64,000 nt of DNA, from the NCBI GenBank assembly GCA_017499595.2, contig CM038999.1, forward strand, positions 3,720,001 through 3,784,000. The letters are read 5' to 3'. This document shows positions 49,573-62,840 of this stretch, one piece after another. Both the position numbers and the translations under genes were made by a program. A model generated the notes under the pieces. That model did not search any database, was not told the DNA's origin, and saw only the letters and a program-made list of their open reading frames with translations. The DNA is from Psilocybe cubensis. Taxonomy: Eukaryota. The stretch's first letter is position 1, and each line of letters starts with the position of its first letter.

Positions 49573-52500
49573 TTTGGCCTGCTACCTCAGGCCTGTGTGT
49601 ATATCGGAAGGTTCAGTTGGGAGAAAGGATATGACGCGTGAAAGTAACGGTGTGAGTACGGGTCAAGTGAAAAATGCGAAAAGACGTAGCCTAACGTGAG
49701 ACAACCATGTCCAGTGACTCCCGGAGTCCGCGGAACCCGAGCCCAAAAGTATTTTTGAAAATAGTTCTGGAGACTTTGATGTTCACAGAGCAACAGTGCA
49801 AAATGCAAAACTAAAGTCAAGGAGCACTTCGAAGACTCGAAAAATTGAGGATTCTTTTGGGATTCTTCCGAGTCGACGATAGTCAGACGCTAAGACGCTT
49901 AGACTTTTCTTGTGATCATCGTCCATCTGCGTCCATCCATAGGAAAATTATGACAAATGGTTTTTCGTGTTAACCCCTAAACTTTCTCTATAATCTGGTG
50001 ACAATTTCCCTCACCATATTGCTCTTGTAGGCCGGTCAAGTCTCAAGAATTGGGAGAAATGGTCAAAGAAAAAATAAATTTGAAAGAAATAATCTCTTTC
50101 GTTCAGAGTTTGGCATCGCCCTCACCTGCAAACAAAGACAAATGACAAAGCGGCCGATTTTGGTGGGACTGACCGCTTGACTTCACGATTATCACTCCTT
50201 CACGGTTGCCCACAGTTCAACCGACGCCATACAGAAGAGCTTGAGTCCAAACCCCACGATTTTACCTTGAACCAGATGTCAATCACCGTCAAAGGCCATT
50301 TCACCACCCTTTCCGGGTCGTAAGAAGGGTAGAGTTGGGCATACGGGAAGGCTCTGGATGAGGAGTAAATCTTACCGGTGAGTACGGTTCCCTTCTCTTT
50401 CTCCTTTCCTCTAACTTCGATCCTAGCGATGCCTGGATACTTAACAGCGCACAGGAGCGAGAACAAATACAGGAAGACCCATCGTAGCGATAAAATCCCC
50501 GTTCTATGTCCCATGGAGCACAGATCACGCTCCATTCCGTCTGTTCATCCTCGGCTGGACGTTTTCTGCCCTCTGCGCTGGTCTGATACCTACCCATGAT
50601 TTCAAATCTTCGCTGCATGCATGCCGTGTCATACCAGCGCAATTGGGCACCACTAGGACGAACTTCGGAGTCCCAAAAGCGGGCGTGTGGTTCTTGTTGT
50701 TACAACTATATAACCGTTCGCGGCTATGGAAAAGGCAGCAGCCGTTCTCATGCGCTCCCGCGCAAGCGTCGCTTGCACAGATTTGGTGGTATGATTTGTG
50801 ATTATACCCAGTTCCATGGTCCCCTTTCTGCTCCCTGGTCCCTCGCTTCCCACTTTGAGCTATCGTCGCATATCTGGGGGCATACTTGTCTCGCGAAACG
50901 AACGCGAGAATGGATCGCGATTTCGATTTCGATTTCGATTTCGCTTGACTTCGATCACTGGAAAACGTTGACCAAGTCGAACACTTTGTTTTCTCGACCG
51001 TCTTGTGCAATGTTCCGTCCACCTCGTAGTGTAATGTTGCTGTGAAGCGAGCGCCTCCGAGCCATGCACAGCTGGCGCTTAGCGAGACGTGTAATTGTGG
51101 AACTGAAACCGGTGCTTTGGATACTAGAAGGACTATCACTGTTGTGTTCGCTCGCAATGGATAGAGTGGTGCGTGATATGTATCTCATATCGCAGCGAGA
51201 CATGCTCCTGCTCTATCACTGACATCTCGTGTCCAAACTCTCGCAGCAGAAGACAGTGGCTGGGCAAAGGGGACTCACTTGCAGCGGCGCGCATTGATAT
51301 TGCGTCCGCTTCCGGGAGTTGTTTGCGTGGACTTTGATTACCTTTTTCAGGTACACGCTGCTGGGCCTCACGCAAATATGTACACGGGCTTCTTCTGTCT
51401 GGCCATTTTTTGGCTCTCAATGACGATCTCAGGCTGGATACTGGTGCCACTGCGACGTTGTCGGTGATTTGCATAACATATCTATTCCATGGCTTGTGAA
51501 CTTTTGAATACCCAAGCGAAGCTTCGCTAGAGAGGACGATCGTGCGCTTTTCTCCCCTGTTTCCAGATACCCGACACCCGTCGCTTTCATATCAGGTGCT
51601 GGTTGTCCTGGCTGTTACTCCTTGGCCTCACGCTCACGGCATGCATAACCCATGGAGTGTTCGATGGAGAATCGCGACCTCGACTATCATCTCGTTTTGG
51701 GTTGCTATTAGGGCTCTTTTGTTGTTTTTTAAATTTTTTTTTTCGTTCATATTTTTGTTTTGGGTGCTGTGCGCCGACGTGCGCATTGATATAGAGGGAC
51801 ATATATGGTACTGTGTATCAGTATCACGTAGGTTTCCGTATCAGATGTCAAGTTTATGGATTGGCGCGATCGAGATTCAATTTTCGAGATCCCCAGTGCG
51901 CTTTCCACCCGTCCGCCCTCTCCCTCACTTCTTATGCGATTTGCCCGGGGATTGAACGGTCTGGGGTTTTATGTACGCATTCATACCATTTCATTGTTCG
52001 TTTTCTGATTGTTCTTTTCTTTTTTCTTTTTCGTTTTTCGTTTCTTTTGGCTTTTAGATTTTAGATTTTGATTTTGAGGTTTCATCAAAAACAAACGATT
52101 TCTTTTTTTAAAATAATGTTTTTTTTTTATTTTTTCGAGTTTGTAAATATCGTTTCTTTCTTTATTACTATTCATTATTATTATTGATTTTGTATACTCA
52201 TCGAGATTGTAAACTTGGCGCGCCCTCCCCCGGTCGCGTCGCGTTCGAGGAGGAGGTTGTAGCCTTGTAGTGTTTCCCAGACATCCAGCCTCAGTCCAGT
52301 CCAGTCGCGCGTGCACAGCGGGCCATCCGTGATCCGCCAATCACAATCACAATCACAATCGCGTCCGCGTCCCGTCTCCGCCTCGGTGCTCACGATCGTG
52401 CTCGCCCTCGAGGAGCCACTCTTAACACCCTTAAGGACCCTCTTGTTTAGCTCCAGGGACGCATACACATCGACGGGACGGGGATCATACGTGCAGGGTA

Positions 52501-52870
52501 GGGTGCTGTTCCTCGTCGCCGTCCCATCCATGAATGAATACAATCTGCCGTGGAGGTTTTCTGAATTCACCTTTCTAATTGTGGTACTAGTAGATCCGCG
52601 GAGTTAAGGGTTGGTGTAAAGTATATATGAGATCCATCATTCAAGGCGAAGGGAGGTAAAATGGAAGATATAGCGAAAGGGGTATGATATAAAATAATAA
52701 ATTATAATATGTATCGGCTGGTCGCGTAGCGCGCCCACGTGATGCTTTTTGTTACAATGTATACTTTTATGTCCGCGGATTTGGGGTGTGATGAGGTGGT
52801 GGTTGTCCGTGGAAGCGAGTGGAATTTGGAAACAATGGGAAGCGAGTGCCGTGTTGGGTTGGGTTGCAGG

Positions 52871-52904
<34 letters not shown>

Positions 52905-54129
52905 ATGGTACTTTTTGTCAGTGAGAATGAGAATGTGAATGTGAATGTGATTTAATGAATTGAGAATCCAGAAATCGAGATGGGATGGGCGGCCGTGCGC
53001 AGCGGCGGCAGCCTGAGTGATAAGTGTTTCCACGGGTTTCACACTTTCCAGGTAACTTCCAGGCTAGGCTAGTAGTAGTACTAGTAGCGCGACTTGAGAA
53101 TTCTTTATTCGGTCCCTCGGCATTCTGCGCGATTATAATATTATTATTAGTAGATTAGTAAGTGCGTGTGTCAAATGATGATGATGCGCTTAGGGTTAGT
53201 ATTGTGCTGTAGGAGGACGAAGTGGCATTCGGATTCGGCCCATGGCCCGTGGGTGTGGGTGTGGATGGGTGTGTGGGTCAGCTTGCGCGGGTATATAATA
53301 GGGTGCCACGGACATGGACGGTCGTGCGATGAGGCGAGGTCACAGGTGAGAGTGAGAGTGAGAGAGTGAGAGCGAGAGCGAGCTCGACGGCCACTGGCGG
53401 CGGGAGCGGCTGCGCTCTGCCGCGACCTGACGTCCCTAGCGGTCTGCGTCTTCACAGTCATCTGTGTCTGCGGGATGGGTGTATGCTGAAGTATGGAGCA
53501 GGCAGCGGTTGGGGTATGGAGATGCGTAGGCGGGCGGGATGAGGCGGGATGCGTAGGATGTAGGATGGGTAGGACAATAGGGTTTGGGAGTCCAAGTTCA
53601 GCGTTCAAGGGTAGGAGACTCAAGAGCGGACCTGCGCCTACTAACTTACTCTTCTGGTGGATTGTACCATTATCGCGCTTTCCTGTCCTGTCTTGTTTAT
53701 TACGGTACCCCTACACCACACGGAAGAGGAGTGGTACTACTAGTACCTTCCTCGCCCCGCAACGCATGTTTTGTTGTTATTCCCTCCCTCTGGTCTGGAC
53801 GGATTTGGATCTTGGATCTGGGGTCTTTATGGCCTCGTATCCATTTCTTTTCTTCCTTGTGTTTTTGAGGTCGATTGCATACCACTGCAATTGCGCTTGC
53901 GCTTTGCATACTCAATGTAAGTGCTTTTTCACCTTTTTATGGTCAAGTGAGCAAGCTGATTTAAATGGTCCCGTTACAAATTCTACTTCTATGGGCGAAT
54001 AACACAGCTTGTCAATGTACCCTTCCGTTATTAGCAGGGTGTTACTTGACATTAACATTAACATATGGTGCACAATTAAAAGCGCAAGGCGCGAGTCCAC
54101 ACGTATGCCAGTGGAGAATTTTGAGGTAT

Positions 54130-54660
54130 TGGAGGGTATGAGAGGGATGAGAGGGATGAGAGGGATGTGGTGGTAGGGAGATAGGATTGGAGACGGGAAT
54201 GGGAGGCGGGAATTGGGAATTGGAATGGAGGCGGGAAATGGGAGACGGGAGACGGGAATGGGAATTGGAGGCGGGAAACGAGAGTTGGAATTGGAGACGG
54301 GAATTGGGAACAGGAATTGGGAATTGGGAGTTGGGAGTTGGGAGTTGGGAATTGTATTTGAAGGCGGAAATTGGGGACGGGAAACGGGAATGGGCATTGG
54401 GAACGGGAATGGGCATTGGGAATCGGGAATTGGGAGCGGGAATTGGGAATCGGGAGTTGGAGACGCGAATGGGAGACGCGAATTGGAGATAGGAATTGGA
54501 ACTACGTGAAGTGGATGCCCGCGGGAACGGGAAATCGCAAACGCGAATTGGAGAGGAGGGAGGAGGGAGGACTGAGGGAGGGAGGCGGAATGGATGGAAG
54601 AATGGGTAGGGAAATGGTCCGGAGGAATAGGGTGGAGAAAAATGTGGGAAGAAGAAATGA
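54130..54660 (+). repeat. G-rich degenerate 6-7-mer array (GGGAATT/GGGAGTT/GGGAGAC/GGGAAT)
   Basis: Dozens of GGG-tracts spaced 3-4 nt apart; strongly purine-skewed. Confidence 0.8.
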
Positions 54661-55281
54661 GGCAGGAGGAAGGGAGAGGCAGCGCGAAAAGGGATAATTG
54701 ATGGGGCGAGGCGGAGGCGGAGGCGGAGGCGGGGTGTCGAGACACAGTCAACGACAAAGGCGCCCACTGAAACACACCCATCGAGACAAGGACAAGGCGA
54801 CGAACTTACCAGTGCGCAAGCACTCTGAGCGAGGCGGACCGCGCAGACGCGGACATGCATGTATAGCATGCCGCGTCTTGTGTTGGTCCTGTTGTTGTTG
54901 TTGTTGTTGTTGTTGGCGCAGGGGGTGGTGTGTACATGCACTGTACTGCACTACACTTTTCCGCACACTGTAGCGGTACCCCGCATTCTGCTCTATCCCC
55001 GTCCCCGTCCCCGTCCCCGTCCCCGTCCCCATCCCCGTCCTTCTGCTTCAACGTTTCAACGTATCCACGCACCCGCGCTTCGCCTCCCCCCTCCCCCCTT
55101 CCCCCTTCCCCTTGCCCATTTGCTTCGCCTTATCCAAACGTCAATTGAGCCGGGGGTTATTATACTTGTATACTTCGTTCGTGGATTATCTGGTCTGTGT
55201 GTGCGCACGCACGCACGGCACAAAGAATAAAGCATAAAGCACAGTGTGTGGAGACTGGACGCGTCAACGGCACACTTTGCG

Positions 55282-56928
55282 ATGTCGTTCTTTTTCAGTT
55301 TGAGGCGGAGGCGGAAGGGGAAGGGGGAGCGGGATATACACGGCGCGTCCGCGTCCGCGTCTGAGTGTGGGATCTCCTGCACCGCGAAAGACGCAAATTC
55401 GGACAAGAATAAGACAGCGAATTCTAGTAGGGCACCACGGAAATTGCGCAAGAAGAACCGGAATAACACCCATAGCCGTACCCATAGTAACACCCATACC
55501 CACACTGGTAATAAGCGCGGGCGGAGTGCGTTGCCTTCGTCTTTGTATGTGTTGACGGAGTTGGAGTTGGAGTTGGAGTTGGAGAAAGAGGACGTCGCGT
55601 TGGAGTTGGAGTTGGAAAAGGGTGAGGAGATGGAGGTGGGGGTCGACGCGGTGCAGTATCAATACCAGGACCAGGACCAGGATCAACACCAGCACCAGTA
55701 CCATTACCCTGAGTTGTTGTTACATGCTTCTGCTTCTGCATCTGCGTCTGCGTCTGCGTCTGCGTCCGTGCCTTCCCCTACGCCTGAAACTGCGCCTGCG
55801 GCGCGGGAGAAGGAGCCGGGGGATGAGGAGAGGAGGGGGTATAAGCGCAATCTGAATCGGTATCAGCGCCGTCATTGTCGCGGGCATGGTCAGGAGCAGC
55901 AGCAGGAGGAGAAAGGACAGAAGCGGGAGAAGCAGAAGAAGAAGAGGTTGTATCACCACTCGAACGCGAACTTGCACGAATATGCCAGTGGGCACGCGCA
56001 CGCGCGGCTGTATACGGAGTCTCCTCAGCACCAGCACCAGTATCAGTATCAGTTTCAGTTTCAGTACGAGCGTTCAGGGCAGCATTATTCAGAATACCAG
56101 CATCGCCATCCGAGTCAGCATTCAGAGCACCAGCATCAGGGTCAGGGTCAGCATTCAGAGCAGCAGCAGCACCATCCGATGCAGCATTCAGAACACCAGC
56201 ATCAGCACCAGCAGCACTCGGAGCAGCACGTACCCCGCGCGCTCGAAGCTAGCGCATCAGCGCCAGCGAGTGTCGACTGTGTGGATAGTGTGGACGCGCT
56301 ATTGCGGGGTGTGACGTACGATGCGATTTTAGCGTCTACGCTGCGCGGGTCTGTTAGTTTGGATTTGGATTTGGATTTAGGTCTGGATTTGGATTTAGGT
56401 CTGGATTTGGGTTTAAGTCTGGATGAGAAGGGGCATGGGCAAGGGAGGGGGAGGGGGTTTTTTGTGTATGATGGTGAGCGTGAGGGCGAGGGCGAAGGTG
56501 AATGTGAGGGCGAGGGCGAGGGTGGGGGCGAGGGCGAGTGTGAGGGTGAGGGTGAGGAACAGGGACAAGGACGAGGACGAGGGAAGGCGAAGGGGAGGGG
56601 GAGAGGGGGAAGGTGGGTGTGGGATCGGGAGGCGTGGTATGTGGGTGGTGGTGACAAGGAAGAGGAGAAGGAGGAGGAGGAGGAGGAGGAGCCGGTGCCG
56701 CTGTTGCGTGTGCCGCCGAATAGCCCTGTGGGAACGGTGTTGCGCAGGGCGGCTAGAAGGAGTGAGAGGAGGAGGAATGAGAGGAGGAGTGTGAGTGAGA
56801 GGAGGAGGAGTGTGAATGAGAGAAGGAGGAGTCCGGGTGGTGGCGATGATGGGTTTGGATCGTTGGTTGGTGCTGCGAAGGCTATTATGGAGGATCGTGT
56901 TAGGGTTGAGTTTGATTATGTGTTTTGA
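55282..56928 (+). CDS. Hypothetical low-complexity protein built from dipeptide and QHSE repeats
   Basis: 548-codon ORF staying open across many tri- and hexanucleotide repeats (LE, QD, SA, QH, LD, EG); non-repetitive C-terminus FGSLVGAAKAIMEDRVRVEFDYVF. No recognisable domain. Confidence 0.5.
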   Translation: MSFFFSLRRRRKGKGERDIHGASASASECGISCTAKDANSDKNKTANSSRAPRKLRKKNRNNTHSRTHSNTHTHTGNKRGRSALPSSLYVLTELELELELEKEDVALELELEKGEEMEVGVDAVQYQYQDQDQDQHQHQYHYPELLLHASASASASASASASVPSPTPETAPAAREKEPGDEERRGYKRNLNRYQRRHCRGHGQEQQQEEKGQKREKQKKKRLYHHSNANLHEYASGHAHARLYTESPQHQHQYQYQFQFQYERSGQHYSEYQHRHPSQHSEHQHQGQGQHSEQQQHHPMQHSEHQHQHQQHSEQHVPRALEASASAPASVDCVDSVDALLRGVTYDAILASTLRGSVSLDLDLDLGLDLDLGLDLGLSLDEKGHGQGRGRGFFVYDGEREGEGEGECEGEGEGGGEGECEGEGEEQGQGRGRGKAKGRGRGGRWVWDREAWYVGGGDKEEEKEEEEEEEPVPLLRVPPNSPVGTVLRRAARRSERRRNERRSVSERRRSVNERRRSPGGGDDGFGSLVGAAKAIMEDRVRVEFDYVF

Positions 56929-57884
56929 GGGTGGTGGATTTGGACTTGGAGTTGACTTGGACTTGAGTTGGAATTGGACTTGAATGGATCAATGGATTCG
57001 GAATCGGATTGGATTTTGGATTTGGACATGGGAATTTGGACTTTGGACTTTGTGTTATAGGATTGAGCTGTTTAATTATTGTAGCGATATTTCGGTCTGG
57101 ATTTCATTTCCGCTGTAGAATAGTGTACTTTTACTTTGGTTTTGCATTGTATATTTTTAGGAATGCTACTCTGCTCTGCCCTGATGAACCCGGGAAGACT
57201 GACTATCGACGTATACGATCTTCAATGACAACATCCCTATTCTATTCTAAAATTGACTCTGTGGAGTGCACTTGATGTACCGCACGGGACTCGCAGGTCG
57301 AGCTTCATCATCAGGGAGATCACTGAAAACAGGGCTCACAGGACACGGATAAACATGTCAGCGTCAGGGAAGCTGTCAGCTCTCTTTAGCTTTAGAGGGA
57401 GATGGGAGCGATCTTCAAGTCAAGCTCAATGGGAAATCACGGACTAGGCGGACTTGACAATCCTGCAGCTGTGCACCCTATTTGTCCCCGTCGGTCAAAA
57501 TAAACATATTAAATACGGTCACCAGGAACAAGCACCAGCATCACCCACCGCTGTCCCCTCGCACAGCGGCTGTCCAGGCGAGATAATCTGGTTCGCCCAA
57601 TGCTCATAGTGCACAGGCAGTGCCTCCGAGCAGTGCGGGGCGTGTCGGGGCAGAGCACGGCTGACCCATTGTGTTCCCGATGGGGCAAAGGCAGCTCAGG
57701 GTCTGTGCGTGCGAAGAATGATAAGTGACCTGTAAGGCTAAGATTTGTTGTGAACACCCGTCTGTGACTCCCCCTGTTCAATCACTGTGACCAAATCGTA
57801 TACGAGCCTCTTCAATAAACAACCACTACACTCCCTTCCCCGAATAATCGCTGCCGCTTCTGTCAGGTTGTCTGCTCTGACGCT

Positions 57885-60800
57885 ATGCAGTATAGCGCGG
57901 ATGCTGCGGTGCCCCAGTATAAGGGAAAGGTCACTCGCTGGTGGCCACAGCTGCCAGAGGAGATCGTCAGGTCAGCCAGCCATTCTCCTTCCCTCTCATT
58001 CTCTCTGCTTATCCGTATCGCACCTACGCCACACGCGATGAATCTCGCATGCTAACCGCTCTGCTCTCCAGGCTGATAGCGACGCACTACCTGCTCGATA
58101 TGGCGTTCACGACGTACTGCCCGCAGACCTGGGAGAACCCCAAGGCATGGCACCAGCGCATGGCCTACGTCTGCATACGCGACGCTATGCATCTCGAAAA
58201 GCATATCATGCCTATATGCCCCGAGTGGCGCCGAGCGAGTGAGTGCTCTGATCCCTTTCACTTTCTTCGTCTCTTTGCTCTTTTTTTTTCTCTTTCTTTC
58301 TTTTTTTGCTTTTTCTTTGCTCTTTGCGCGGTTGTTGGTGCTGTGGCGTTGCGCGCATAGACATAGGCGCTCAGTATCAACACAACACAGCATCGAGCAA
58401 TCGTTACCCGTCATTCACCGTCCTATCCTATCTATCCACCCTTCTCCGTGTCGTGGGGCTCTGGTGCCACTCGCGCGAAGACGCATCAACGTCGCGTCTT
58501 CTTGGCGCCACTCATTTGATCAAATTCCACCCATGTTTATTTTATCTCGTAACGGCACAAGTAGTCAGTCCCAAATCCCCGACAGGGCATTACGAAATTG
58601 AAACTCCACCCCTCGTCATTCCTCCTTCGTTCCTAGTTCCTAGTTCTCCTACTATCTATTCTATGATTTATATTTATATTATTTTTATTTTTATTTTTAT
58701 TTCGATTCATTTTTATCGCTGGGTACTATGACTGACTGACGCATACAACCTACAGTCGAAAAACATATGTTCTGGGCTCAGGCCGCACACGTCCTCGACC
58801 CCAACGACGTCATCTTCTACCACATCGTCTCCCAACAAACAAAACAACAACAACAACAACAACAACAACCCCTCTCCTCCAACGGCTCCTCCAACACCGC
58901 ATCCGCCCTCCCACCCGTCCGCATCTCATCCTACCACCACCTCCGCACGATCCTCAGCGCCAGCTGCCTCGTCTGCAGAATCAACTTTGCAGGCGGCAAC
59001 TACGGGCTGGGCGCAGCGAAGAAGCTCGCGCCGAGCGCATTTCTCGGGCAGATCCCCGTGTGCAGAGACCACCACCACCGCCGCCTCGCGTTCTGCGGGC
59101 TCTGTCTCCGCGAGGCGCCCGCGCACCCCGCACACGACACCGCCTCGCGCGAAGCGGAGCTCGCGCTCTCCATCGGGCTGGCGGACAATGAAGACGAGGA
59201 GACGTGGCCTGGCACACTCGTCGAGACGACGTGTAAGCGCTGTAGACTTGAGTGGCTTTGGCGCAAGGCGAGCGCGAGTCAGCGGGATAGGGATGCGGTG
59301 GGTGGGCCCGCGTTTAGGTGCCCCGATTGGGAGACGCGGCAGAGTGTGGAAGCGTTTGTGGAGATGGGAGAGGGGAGTGTTGGGGATGTCCTTGCGCTTG
59401 CGAGGGAGAAGATGTGGTTGAGGGTGTGTACAAGGTATGAGAGTTTGGGTCAGCATTTGGTGGCGGCGCAGCGGAGCCAGATGCACCAGCAGCATCAGCA
59501 TCAGCAGCAGCAGCAGACGAGGGGGGAGAGGAGGATGATGCGTATGGCGGGTGTGCGTTCTGCTACCGGTGCAGGATTCGACCGTATGGAAGAAGACCTC
59601 GAAGATGACGAGGAAGAAGAAGAAGAAGACGACGACGAAGACCTCGAAGAAGAAGAAGCTTCCGAAGAAGACTCGGAAGAAGACCGCGAGCTGACGCTCA
59701 TGCGCGGCGCGAGCCAGGTGCGCGAGATGGCGCTGAACGACTGGGCGCGGCGGAGGATTCTCGACGGGCATTGGTTGAGTCCGGCGGATGTGTGGTATAA
59801 TCATACGGTGCCGGGCCAGCCTGTTGCGGTGCGGACTGTGCATCCGTGTCCGTGGGCGCGCGAGGTGGATGTTGTTGTTGGTAGTAGTGGTGGCAGCAGT
59901 GCCGCCAACAACGCCGGTGCTAGTGCTAGTGCTAGTGCTAGTGGGGGTAGCGATACACCAGCAGGAGGAGAAGGCGCAGGAGGAGGAGAAGAGGAAGAAG
60001 AGCAACACCCGCTGCGCGCGACGGTGTTAGGCGAAGTCCCGCCGTCCTATGCGCTCTGCGAGCAGGCGTATATCGCGCATATGCGTCAGCTCCGCGAGAT
60101 TCTGGGGCCTGCGCTGCGGAATGTGGTGAGGAAGATTGTGATGGAGTGTTCGGTTGGTGTTTCTGGATCTGGGTCTGGGTCTGGGTCTGCGCGCGGTGTT
60201 AGTGACAAGGGAAAGGGGAAGGATAAGAGCACAGACAAGGGAAAGGGCAAGGGGAAGGGGAAAGCACGGGCAGAAGGAGGGGGCTATGTGGACCCTGCGC
60301 ATGTAGCGAGGAAGATGACGCTTGAGGATGTTGTGAGGGTGTTGCGCGAGGAAGAGGGGGTGTGGTATGATGGTGTTGATTGGGTGGAGAAGAGGAGGAA
60401 TGAGGAGGAGGCGGAGGCGATGGCCGAGGCGCAGGCCATGGAGGATGAGGCGGAGGGGGAGGAGGAGGGGGAAGGGGAGGAGGAGAGGGAGCGGGAGGGG
60501 CAGGAGGAAGCGATGCTTGTGGATGGGTATTCGTATGAGGGGTTGTCGTCGGGGGGCGGCAAGTCTTCTTCTTCTTCTTCGTCGTCGTCGGGTTCGTCGG
60601 CGGCTTCGGTTTCTTCGACGACGTCGTCTTCGGCGTTTTCGAGGCATGGTTCGTCGTCGAATGCGACTAGCCCTGTGCTTTCGACTAGTACGTTGCAGAC
60701 TACGCCTTCGCCTCCGCCGCTTAGCGATGAGGGATCTGGGTCGGGGGCGGGGGCGGGGGCGGGGTTGGCGAGTAAGAAGGAGAAGGATGCTGTGTTGGAG

Positions 60801-62733
60801 GAACAGCAGCAGCATCAGCGTACCCAGCGCACTAGCACTCAACGCACGAGCCCTCAACGCACTGGGACTCGGACTGGAGCTGCCACTGGAACTGCCACTG
60901 GCAATGGTGTCCAGCGCACCAACGCAGAAGGACCACGGCTTATCCCTGTCGACCCCGTCCGCGCCACGCCGCGCCTCCTTGCGAAAATCCCGTATGTGCC
61001 CGTGACGATTGCGCATTTGCCGCAGTATAGTTTGGAGGCGCTTAGATCTGTACGTCTTTGCTTTTTTAATTGTTTGTTTTGTTGAGCACATTCTGATGGT
61101 GACTTAGGCATGGCGCGAGGCGTGTGCGCCGCTTTATCATTGTTGTTGTACTGTGTGTGAGCGCGCGAAGGTGGTTGAGATGAGCGCGCGCGCTGCTGCT
61201 TCTGCTGCCATGGGCGCGCAGCACGGCGGCGGCGGCGTTGTGCCGTCGCATCAGGCGGTGTACCCGACGCCGAATGTACCACAGCTGCAGCTGCATGCGG
61301 GCGATGAGATTGTGTTGAAGGATGATGAGGATGAGGATGGGGTGGATGGCGTTGAGTTGGATACGGATATGGAGATGGAGATGGGGATGGGGATGGATGG
61401 GGAGGGTGAGGAGGGTGAGGAGGAGGTTGATTATGATGTTTCGGATTATGAGGATGATGAGGATGATGATGATGAGGAGGAGGAGGAGGAAGTGGGAGAG
61501 GGAGAGGAAGTGGGAGAGGGAGAGGGAGAGGGAGAAAGGGTAGATGTGCAGGAGGAGGAGGAGGAGTATGATCCCGAGGCTGACCATGACCGTGCGGCGG
61601 AGAGGTATCGGTACTCTGGCTCTGGCTCTGGTTCTGGTTCTCCGGGTGTAGGTGTACCCGCTGCTGCTACCACCGCTACCGCCATCGCTACCACTGCCAC
61701 CACCGCTACCGCAACCACTACCACTACCACTACTACAACCACCGCTGCGGCTGCTGCCGCAGACCTCCACACTCCGACATACACATCGGCCCCGACCTAT
61801 GTGCAGCGCCCATCGCGCAAGAGGTCATCTGATGAGCTCAATGATGACGGAGAGGGCGAGGGTGATGCGGGGTACGATACGGCGAGTAGGGCGAGTAGGA
61901 GTAGCGAGACGCTTTCGTCTTCGCGGGTATCGAATGCTGGGGATAATCGGGGAGAGAATAGGGGGGATAATAGGGGAGAGAATCGAGGGGAGAATAAGGG
62001 GGAGGTGGTGGGTACGCCGCCTAAGCGCCCGAGACTTGATATTGATGTTGGCGCCGATGGGGATTTGCCTTTGCCATTGCCGCCGCCGAATGTCAATGTT
62101 CGACCGGTTGATGCGGGCGTGGCGAGACCGAGGAAACGGAGTAGTGAGGAGTTGGATGATGAGCATGAGCGTGTGCGTGTGCGTGGGCGTGAAGAGAGGG
62201 TGTCGGGGAACAACCATAACCATAACCATAACGCCAACGACAACGACACATATAATATCCACAACCACAACCATAAACGTATCAGGGTGCACGCGCCGCT
62301 TTCGCCGTCGTCTGAGAGCCCGCGCAGTAGAAGCGGGAGCGGGAATGGGAGTGTGTATTATTCGTCGTCTGCTGCGTCGGCGGATGCGGAGGATGCGGAG
62401 GAAGGTGAGCGCGATGTGGTGTTTTCTGAGGTGGGCGATGGCGATGTGGGCGTTGATGTGGGCGTTGATGTTGATGGGGATGGGGACGCGGAGAGTGAGG
62501 AGATGCCGTATGTCCCTCCGCCGCCTACGCATGTGCATGTGCGTCGGCAGCAGCATCAGCAGCAGCAGCAGCATCGGCCGAGGAGTACGATTGGGAGTAG
62601 GTATAAGGCTGCGACGGCGATGATACCTACGCCGACGGCGAGGACGAGGACGACGGCGGCAACGAGGACGGCAACGAGAACTAGGGATGTGCGTATTGTG
62701 GATGTGGATGTGGATATGGATATGGATGAGTGA
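57885..62733 (+). CDS. Large F-box-like protein with Cys/His-rich segments and extensive disordered tracts (exons 57885-57970, 58072-58238, 58756-61049, 61108-62733)
   Basis: Splicing gives WPQLPEEIVR|LIATHY...ICPEWRRA|IEKHMFW (F-box-like). Cys/His pairs CLVC, CRDH, CGLC, CKRC and YHCCCTVC; NLS-like TPPKRPRL. All three introns are GT-AG and frame-preserving. Confidence 0.72.
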
Positions 62734-62770
62734 GGTTGCTACGAAAGCCAAAGTCGAACTTGAACTCGAA

Positions 62771-62840
62771 GTCGAAAGTCGAAAGTCGAAAGTCGAAAGT
62801 CGAAAGTCGAAAGTCGAAAGTCGAAAGTCGAAAGTCGAAA
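62771..62840 (+). repeat. Perfect heptamer microsatellite (GTCGAAA)10
   Basis: Ten exact units starting 38 nt after the stop of the 57885..62733 gene. Confidence 0.95.

Noticed and set aside
50200-52570. Short minus-strand ORFs (50200..50535, 50525..51157, 52181..52570)
   Set aside because: No recognisable motif and no consistent splice model could be built; left unannotated.
53912-54941. 289- and 299-aa minus-strand Pro/Ser-rich ORFs
   Set aside because: Translations of the C-rich strand of a tandem array that lacks stop codons by composition.
58926-62751. Several 230-360 aa alternative-frame and antisense ORFs
   Set aside because: They overlap a GC-rich low-complexity CDS; compositional artefacts.
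62771-62840. Repeat arrays as CRISPR or telomere
   Set aside because: No unique spacers, eukaryotic context, and the unit is not TTAGGG.
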